Below are positions 36,001 through 41,929 of a DNA stretch of 41,929 nucleotides, piece after piece (within the stretch, counting starts at the first letter, position 1; each line of letters starts with the position of its first letter). Made by a program: the position numbers and the translations under genes. The notes under the pieces were generated by a model. The model saw only the letters and a program-made list of their open reading frames with translations, made no database searches and had not been told where the DNA came from. Source of the stretch: Phoronis australis (taxonomy: Eukaryota; Animalia; Phoronida); contig NMRA01000614.1 in NCBI GenBank assembly GCA_002633005.1, forward strand, positions 33,636 to 75,564. Direction: 5' to 3'.

Positions 36001-36293
36001 GCTCGATCACAGACTAAAAAGCTATTTATCATGAGTTGGCACAAAAGTAGAACAGAAAGTAAAAAATATAATTTCGAGTTCGATTTCGAGTAAAAAGATT
36101 AGGTATCCCAGATCTTGGTCTCCTGTCCTCGGCATAATGACTAGTGATCACGCAATCTGTATGTCAGATTTAAGCTTATATTTCAGTGATTACTACAGAC
36201 GGCGCTGCACATCGGTTGCCAGAACATAACATCCACCAATTTTTGTCGAGAGCCTTATCCGATGGCACCCAAATTGGACCTATCAATGGCATG
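17671..36293 (+). CDS. Gene 2 (3'-partial, 9 coding exons seen): signal peptide + PAN/Apple + EGF-like Cys module + three tandem CTHRC1 C-terminal-like domains
   Basis: Exons 17671-18048, 19009-19117, 21553-21647, 22938-23136, 27904-28056, 30113-30195, 30425-30626, 32512-32664 and 36187-36293 total 1479 nt (493 codons) with consistent phases and no stops. Equivalents of gene 1's last two exons were not found before the window end. Confidence 0.85.
18115..18290 (+). mobile_element. tRNA-derived SINE-like element, family B
   Basis: A-box ttgctcagtgg (18125-18135) and B-box GGTTCGAATCC (18167-18177); no convincing acceptor stem. Confidence 0.5.
19009..19117 (+). CDS. Gene 2 exon: short Cys-rich EGF-like module
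   Basis: LKKGVIDRSSECTVQNCAAGAHTCRRECSNNTSVCM (5 Cys). ctttAG/GTaagc; phase 0-1 bridges the neighbouring exons correctly. Confidence 0.75.
19257..19656. mobile_element. MITE, PIF/Harbinger-like, long TIRs and CAG target-site duplication
   Basis: Left ggcccggtctctaatctttgtactcgaaa and right tttcgagtaaaagattggagaccgggcc are inverted repeats; CAG flanks both sides (19254-19256, 19657-19659). Confidence 0.8.
20320..21296. mobile_element. Non-autonomous DNA transposon with ~170-bp imperfect inverted termini
   Basis: About 20365-20500 (ccggagtggaaaacagactt...ccctgacctttaaaacag) is inverted at about 21120-21255 (ctgtttttaaaggtcaggg...aagtctgttttcgactccgg); TTAA near both ends. Confidence 0.7.
21553..21647 (+). 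CDS. Gene 2 exon: first third of CTHRC1-C-like domain 1
   Basis: APLESCDQIPVSNIRHWYWKSWESDADHDVLL; NIRHWYW parallels NIRQYVW and NIHQFW in the other repeats. ttttAG/GTaagg; phase 1-0. Confidence 0.8.
22938..23136 (+). CDS. Gene 2 exon: middle of CTHRC1-C-like domain 1
   Basis: NITYKKRYNFTSLRVQYRGTFMGAHNEQNACSRWYFTFNDRECQTPGSIEAVWASSVKLNYRRSGR, closely matching CTHRC1 [24 protein letters not shown]. tttacAG/GTaagt. Confidence 0.92.
23640..23900 (-). mobile_element. Penelope-like retroelement 3' fragment (GIY-YIG endonuclease C-terminus and terminal region)
   Basis: Minus strand LLATGHSIFLASSRILAKEQHWYAGKLKESINI-(frameshift)-LNWDRGHHLPPMYSNIL matches the PLE tail TGH.I......IL..E..W..R..KE.I.I....LNRD.G..LP..Y..L. 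Confidence 0.75.
23666..23699 (-). ncRNA. Minimal hammerhead-ribozyme-like motif (U3-A8 core variant) of the Penelope fragment
   Basis: Minus strand UUGACAA-ag-ACCUGG-cgga-CCAGGU-g-GAAA-CGUC: core boxes, stem II hairpin and palindromic ACGU stem III. Stem I is poorly formed. Confidence 0.5.
26019..26656. repeat. Diverged direct duplication, ~260-bp unit, offset 376 bp
   Basis: ttgttggtttctgattta.atgttt.tgtatcta.gaaaa ... caattacaagctaa ... ctcacaatt.aaatgacaataa starts at 26019 and 26395. Confidence 0.8.
26852..27072. mobile_element. MITE with CATGCGCGCACCCAG termini, copy 2
   Basis: Perfect 15-bp TIR catgcgcgcacccag / ctgggtgcgcgcatg. Confidence 0.8.
27904..28056 (+). CDS. Gene 2 exon: end of CTHRC1-C-like domain 1
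   Basis: VDGICENLPAGDVSVKFNIGPCSNLSVSDSYTGWKSGDSITVEEDDLRHGS. ttgtAG/GTaggc; phase 1-1. Confidence 0.9.
28583..28830 (+). mobile_element. tRNA-derived SINE, family A copy 2
   Basis: Shares gaggaggcag, gttcgactcccactggg, ttgagtca, ctcagctc, caggtgat and gtctggtac blocks with 10022-10250. Confidence 0.7.
29091..29343. mobile_element. MITE with CATGCGCGCACCCAG-like termini, copy 3 (opposite orientation)
   Basis: catgggcgcacccag ... ctgggtgcgagcgtg; agtgc on both flanks. Confidence 0.7.
30113..30195 (+). CDS. Gene 2 exon: first third of CTHRC1-C-like domain 2
   Basis: GFCRALSRFNTRQYVWREESNTTNGLLR; paralog of 4035-4117; ttgtAG/GTgagt. Confidence 0.88.
30425..30626 (+). CDS. Gene 2 exon: middle of CTHRC1-C-like domain 2
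   Basis: [67 protein letters not shown]; paralog of 4461-4662. Confidence 0.9.
31364..31711. mobile_element. MITE-like inverted-repeat element
   Basis: agtccacacact (31377-31388) and agtgtgtggact (31687-31698) are a perfect 12-bp inverted repeat, extendable imperfectly on both sides. Confidence 0.6.
32512..32664 (+). CDS. Gene 2 exon: end of CTHRC1-C-like domain 2
   Basis: [51 protein letters not shown]; paralog of 5257-5412, one codon shorter. Confidence 0.9.
34080..34375 (+). mobile_element. 5'-truncated LINE 3' end (ORF2 zinc-binding tail and short 3' UTR)
   Basis: CELFNSGCEEDE*HLVLVCSAFQDLRVKYLSDRLCHSPTTSKFESL resembles the LINE motif C..C....EDE.H....C..Y..LR.KY; followed by a short tcaa-repeat tail. 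Confidence 0.7.
34397..34554. mobile_element. Short GC-rich MITE, related to 39701-39859 and 100-154
   Basis: cattagcggaact ... ggccccctggtccttctcaatctgcctatg; 3' end resembles ggccccctggcccacccctaaatccgcctatg near 123-154. Confidence 0.5.
35703..36110. mobile_element. Second, diverged copy of the 19257-19656 MITE family in opposite orientation
   Basis: TIR-like tttttactcgaaatcgaactcgaaa ... tttcgagttcgatttcgagtaaaaa; internal attctatgctcgagtac is the reverse complement of gtactcgagcatagaat in copy 1. Confidence 0.75.
36187..36293 (+). CDS. Gene 2 exon: linker and first third of CTHRC1-C-like domain 3
   Basis: [36 protein letters not shown]; paralog of 8048-8154; tttcAG/GTaaat. Confidence 0.88.
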
Positions 36294-37159
36294 GTAAATG
36301 GATTTATAGTTGCTATTCAAATGTAGTGTACCTTCTGTTTGAACAGCGAGTTTCCAAGAAATTGAGCAAACAAAATTTGTCCGTACAAGTCAGTGTTGAG
36401 AGGGAAAATCCTAATAATTTGGTTGTAGGTTTATATCTCATAGAAAATTTTAAAAAAAATTAAAGAAAAAAACGGTAGTCAAATCTGATTGACTTCCTCA
36501 ATGCAGGTTCAAAGTTTCAAGGTTTCAGGTACATTCATTTTGAGTGAAACGTTAAAAGCACTGCCTAGCGCACCTGTCAGTGGATCACACTGATGTAAAG
36601 ATGAGCTGAGCATACGTTTGAAATGTATTTAAAGTTGCAAGACTCGGGTTTGGCGTAATTTCCTGTTTTATACATGGAAACAAATCACGATCTTTCACCC
36701 GGATACGAAAACATTCCCACAGCCGCGTGTCTTTGCATTCTGTAATAATAATCGCGAAAAAATAATCGGGGTCCCCTGAAAAATTTGATTCGCGTTAGCG
36801 CTTGAAAATGAATTTCATTCGCCTTACTCGCCAAAATCGAGCCCAGAAATAATAAATTTCTATATCAGTGTGATCTCGGAAATTAGGAGCAAAACATATA
36901 GATTGGTTTGCTTATTTTTTGAGTATGATATGATTGTACTATTCCTTTCCAGATGTATGTATTTTTGCATGCACGTATGCATGTATTATTTATTATTTAC
37001 TATAATAATGATATGGATGTGTCACAGAATACAATACAAAAACACTTTTAAGTTTAAAAACTTCACATGCAACACATTCCCATCCTCTTGGGCTTATAAG
37101 TCACCTAAACAGTTACGCAAAGTATATATGTACATGTAGGGAATATATGTATTTATGTA

Positions 37160-37290
<131 letters not shown>

Positions 37291-39700
37291 ATGTTACGTT
37301 GCTAGTTAAAATCAGCCGCTTAGTGGCGCCCCTTCCTACAGGCCTGTTGCTTTACTAATGCTCAGTCGTAATCCAATCAAGGAATACTCCTCAGAAATAA
37401 GTGCAATTATAACTTTTAGCAAATCTTTTGCGCAAAAGATTCCCGTTGCACATTCCATACGATCACGCTGAAGTTAAATCTCACAACCTAGAACGCCAGA
37501 CCTGTGTTGCGCAGACCCAAGAACCTAGCGAAAACGCAACTTTACGCATTTGACTTCTTCGTTACCTCGCTGGTTCCGTGCGTGCTGCTAGGTGGTAGCC
37601 AGCATACATGCGCAGCAGGCGATGACACTAGTTTTACTGGCATTATCACATCGAGCAAAGTCGGAACGAAGTAACATCGCGTGAACAGCTGATGGTCCTC
37701 CGGATGGCTTTTCACCACTTGATGAAACGGATATAAACCAAAAGAATGGGAAGAAAATTCTTGTTCAGTGTGTTAGTACTAACCAAATCAAATTCCCTTG
37801 ACATGTTTAGGAAACCGCTAACGGCCTTATCGGTTATATTTCGCTTCTTTTTACCTTCTGGGTGACGTCATTAGTTCTGATTGTCTGATTTCTCTCCGTG
37901 TGATAATACCCAACCCGATGATTACGAGCCAACAGCCGTCCCATATTGCATTTAAGAAAGCGAACATCAGCGCCGCTTGTGAGTGAATGAGTTTTGCTGC
38001 AGATGAAATTCCCCGAACTTAGACGTTCGTTAAACGCGCCAACAAGAAACATACTGCAACGTGCTGACATCTTAGTTCGTTACTCTCCGTCTGCGGTGGT
38101 ACTAGATGTTGGGTCTATCCAGCCAAATCTGCAAGCTCTCGACTTGTGGTGAGCTCTCATGTCGTTTTCAACACACCGTACCACTGAGTAGCTTGCTGAC
38201 TCCAAGTGACTGACTGACTGGCACACTCGTTGACTGACTCCTATTTTAAACTCGTTCTCAAGTGTTTATAGCCTGTTTTAATGTTTTAAAATTTTTCAAA
38301 GTGATCCAATCACATTCACGAACTTCAGGAATCTACCCAAGGTCTACAAAGATTTATTAGGCTTCTAGAATATGCCGTGCTTCTACAATATTACAGACCA
38401 TGGTTCTATCCTATTCGCCAATACTAACTTTCTTGGGTATTCTCAAATATTCTACATTGAACAATTACATTATCAATGCGCTAAGCTCATTTGAGCTACT
38501 TTAATCAATTGCTAAAATCGTTAGTAAAAACTTAATTATCTAAAACCAGTGCTAGTTTACTCCCGACATGATCTCTCTTTAATCTGTTAACAGTAGCACG
38601 CTTGAACTATTCACCTCGTCCAAGACCTCTATTCTGTCTCGACTGAACATAGTAACAGGTAATGATGTAAGGTTTAATCATGATATAACTGAGTTGCCTA
38701 ACAAAGCCGATTCAAATCAATTCGGGATATTTTGTGGGGTTACGATAATATTCTTCGAGTATACCTTCCGTTTAAGAGTTCAACAGCGACGATCATTGTG
38801 TGCCCAGCTGCAAACTTGTTTTCACACGAGTTGAGTATACCAAGGTACGTAGATCGTAAGCACCTGATTCGCTACTATAGAAGAAATAAATTAGTTTAAA
38901 AAGAGAACTCGGGGTTTCAACTACTCACGCTGGAAAATAATTCAGACAGGATTCCAGTTGCCCATTGAAATCACATGAGATTTAGCGTACTATTGCATCA
39001 AGACGTGAGGCTATAACATCCAGGACAGTGAGAAATAAAAACTTACAAAAGCAATGACCGGAGTGAAAAGAATAAAGGTTTGAATTGGCATACTTGTGGA
39101 GGACTTTTTGTGAGTTCTGAATATTTTCGCCTAAAGAATCCCCCTTTGAATAGTATTATAAGGAAAGCGTTGTTTGTTAAACGTAGTTTTAGACTGTCAA
39201 AGGTGATTTTTAAGATGAAGTTTTACCAACGTATTTCAAAGTCTTCAAAATATAAGCTGACCAAAAATTTTTAAACTGAGTCTGAACGGGTGATGAGTTA
39301 AGAAAGGGGTCCGCTAATTAGATTTTCACACCTAACAGTTTTCCGGCTACGTCTTTATCATACCCATTTACTTGTGTAGCGGACAAGACAAATACACAAG
39401 TGCAGATTTAGTACTAATCAGTATTAAGCTGAAATGGTAGTTGCTAACCTTCGAAACGTCATGCGCTTTTTTTCGTGGTTATCAGCCTAGACTGACGGCA
39501 TTTAGTGAATTCCGTGACTGTTACAAATGACAAACGCATTTTTGTGAACATTTAATCACGAATTTAAAGTACTATTGCCATTATACTCGAATATGAGGTT
39601 CTACAATGTCTTCGAATATAAGGCTAGATATCCTTTTCTGCCACTCAGCCAGTGCTAAAGTCTTTCAATTTTTTGAAGAACTGTCATAGTTATGAATTAT

Positions 39701-39859
39701 CAGTGACGGATTTAAGGGCGAGCCAAGGGGGCCACGGCACCTCCTAAAATTTTCCCAGATTCAATGTGGCAGTTCGGGGTGCGAATGTCTGACGGGCAAA
39801 ATCGTGCCTAAAACTCTGCTCTGACCCTCTCCTAACTCAAAGTCCTGGATCCGCCCCTG
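39701..39859. mobile_element. Short GC-rich MITE with CAG.G.CGGAT termini
   Basis: cagtgacggatt ... gatccgcccctg; related ends at 100-154, 23960-23993 and 34397-34554. Confidence 0.6.
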
Positions 39860-40231
39860 TTTATTACACAACCATTGATACTTGACTCTCCTCTGATGCT
39901 GGCAGGCTACCTATGTAATAATTTCTCTTCCATCAAGCCGTCCAGAGGACAGATGTTGCTGTTCGTGCAATAACCAACCAGGCGCTTCAGAAGCCATAAA
40001 CCCCTTGACTGTTTAAACAAAACGAACAGACGTTTGGCGTTTCTACAGACTTCTGTGGCATATCTGCAATAGGTTGTGGGACTCAAATATTCCAAACAAA
40101 TTGAAACCAGAGCACTTACATCTACAATTTCAGTCAACAAATGGCGAGGAAAATGTATATCATAAAATTCTATAACCGAAAAAGTTACATGATGGTGGCA
40201 ATGCATCAAAGCAGGCGAAGAAATCTGAGGA

Positions 40232-41159
40232 AACAAACATAATGAAAGCGCTCCGAGGAGCGACACTTGGCGAAATTAACAGAAACGACGACGATAGAGA
40301 TGATGACGAAGAGGACGAATGTGACGACGATGTTGGCGATGATGAACAATTCAAGTAATGATAACATAAGAGACCAGACATAAGATAGGCTACAGTGTTG
40401 AACGACACTTGGCGAAATTAAGTGAAAAGACGACTACGGAGATGATGACGAAGATAACAAATATGATGACGATGGTGATAATGCTGAACAACATCATAAC
40501 ATTCATATGAAGCACTTAGATGTCATAAATCAGCAAGAAATAGGCTACACTCTTGCCCAATAGAAACTAAACCAACATCAATGCAGCAAGAGCGCTCAAC
40601 AAAGGAACAGCGCTATCAGAAAATCTCAAATAATTCGAAAAGTAGACGTCCTAGCGATGAATGGAAAGTATCTTCTGAAAGCCCGTTCAAAACTCTATCA
40701 ACACTGTTGGTATCGCTTAATTCCGTAAATTTTTCAAAAAAATGGAATTTTGCTTTTTTTAAGAATTTCAAAGTTGAATAACTCGAAAACAGTAAGTCTG
40801 AGAAAAAATTGTTACAGGTCATTTGAACGAGTATACCTCAAAAAATCCACATGCAAAAATTCACGTCTTTTTCTCTTCCCGTTAAAAATCGAACTCCAGC
40901 ACGACTGAAAATGTGTCAACATGCGCCAGATCCGCCATCTTGATATCAACTTCCGGTTTAATGGCTCTGTACAATAGCATGTCATAAGAAACCAACAACT
41001 GCAAAAATTCGAAGGAGTTGGTCCTATAATTCGCCCTCTACAGGAAAAAAACGTTTTAGGCCAAAATCGAGGTGCGCATGCGCGATCGCCGATATTAAAA
41101 AGAAACAAACTTGATGGAAGAGCAACATACTTGGCGAAATTTATTTCGCCAAGTAATAA
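40232..41159 (-). mobile_element. Helentron-associated / DINE-1-like non-autonomous rolling-circle element
   Basis: Minus-strand 5' end TTATTACTTGGCGAAAT followed at once by its inverted copy (41128-41155). The 3' end has the inverted sub-TIR (40265-40276), hairpin CGCTCC-nn-GGAGCG (40249-40262) and a T-rich tail. Internal GAT/GAC simple repeats. Confidence 0.65.
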
Positions 41160-41297
41160 GGCAAACCTGCTCCCTCGTTCTGTAGCAACATTGGGCTCCT
41201 TAGGTTCTAATTTGTATATAATTGGTTGCATTCCTTGACAGTTCGAACAAGTGATGTGTGTTTCATCGATCCAAGCACTAGTTGTAACTTGGCGAAA

Positions 41298-41432
41298 TGG
41301 TGGTGGTGCTGGTGGTGGTGGTGGTGGTGCTGGTGATGGTGGTGGTGGTGCTGCTGGTGGTGGTGGTGGTGCTGCTGGTGGTGGTGGTGGTGGTGGTGGT
41401 GCACGTGGTGGTGGTGGTGCACGTGGTCGTGA
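41298..41432. repeat. (GGT)n imperfect trinucleotide microsatellite
   Basis: ggt runs interrupted by gct, gat and gca. Confidence 0.95.
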
Positions 41433-41929
41433 TGGACGATTACGATTAGTTCTTGCATCAGCGACGTTTTCTAAAGTATTGCAATTTTAAAGTGGCATGG
41501 ACCGCGAAAACTCGTGAAAAATACGTTTTAAACGATCCCTAACCAAAGTACCTTCCTTCAACCTTTACTAAAAAGTTATTCACTTCCCCCTGAGAAGGAA
41601 TTTCCAGAAAAAATGACCCAATTCATGGTTTTTGAAAGAAGTACGAAGAAAAGCTTGTATGGTAACCACCTATACCTGCCTATCATCCTTTCACTTATTA
41701 TAAATGCGCGCATGCGCTCAGTCATTCGACAAACGAACAGCTGATTCAGTGTCAAGAGTGTTGTGGAGTGAATACTTTGCCACCCAATGTGCTTTATACC
41801 TCGTGCCGTGTATTTTGTGCCTACCTCTACGATTCTTCATGATTGGACCATTACTTGAGATTTGATCATGCTGATCTGCAGTGGACTATTATTCATTTAC
41901 ACTACGTGTCAGAGAACGGTGCTGCGCTA

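Noticed and set aside
3423-36293. Assigning the symbol CTHRC1
   Set aside because: Only the C-terminal domain looks homologous; there is no collagen region and the architecture differs, so orthology is unsupported.
40262-40500. CRISPR-like repeat-spacer pattern from recurring acacttggcgaaatta
   Set aside because: Eukaryotic context, few irregular copies, mutually similar 'spacers' and no cas genes.
41251-41490. Gly-rich ORF (and His-rich antisense ORF) as a possible collagen exon
   Set aside because: It is a (GGT)n microsatellite giving poly-Gly with no Pro-containing Gly-X-Y pattern, it adjoins a transposon-like motif, and gene 1 has no equivalent exon.

Overview
AT-rich eukaryotic genomic DNA with GT-AG introns, dense short repeats and microsatellites. 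A marine invertebrate, possibly a hemichordate or other invertebrate deuterostome, is my inference. Most of the ORF track is noise or exon fragments. Manual splicing gives two tandem paralogous multi-exon genes on the + strand. Gene 1 (5' end not found; exons 3423-11122) encodes ...fibronectin type II (FN2) - CTHRC1-C-like - CTHRC1-C-like - stop. Gene 2 (ATG 17671; nine exons to 36293; last two exons not found, presumably beyond the window) encodes signal peptide - PAN/Apple - short EGF-like Cys module - three tandem CTHRC1 C-terminal-like domains. Neither has collagen Gly-X-Y repeats in the parts seen. Each CTHRC1-like domain is a three-exon cassette (phases 1-0, 0-1, 1-1). The paralogs differ in clustered blocks between near-invariant frameworks, and the FN2 exon is present only in gene 1. 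Introns and intergenic DNA hold LINE 3' remnants, a Penelope-like fragment with a hammerhead-ribozyme-like motif, tRNA-derived SINEs, several MITE families, a Helentron/DINE-1-like element and simple repeats. All domain calls rest on motif recognition by eye, not database searches.
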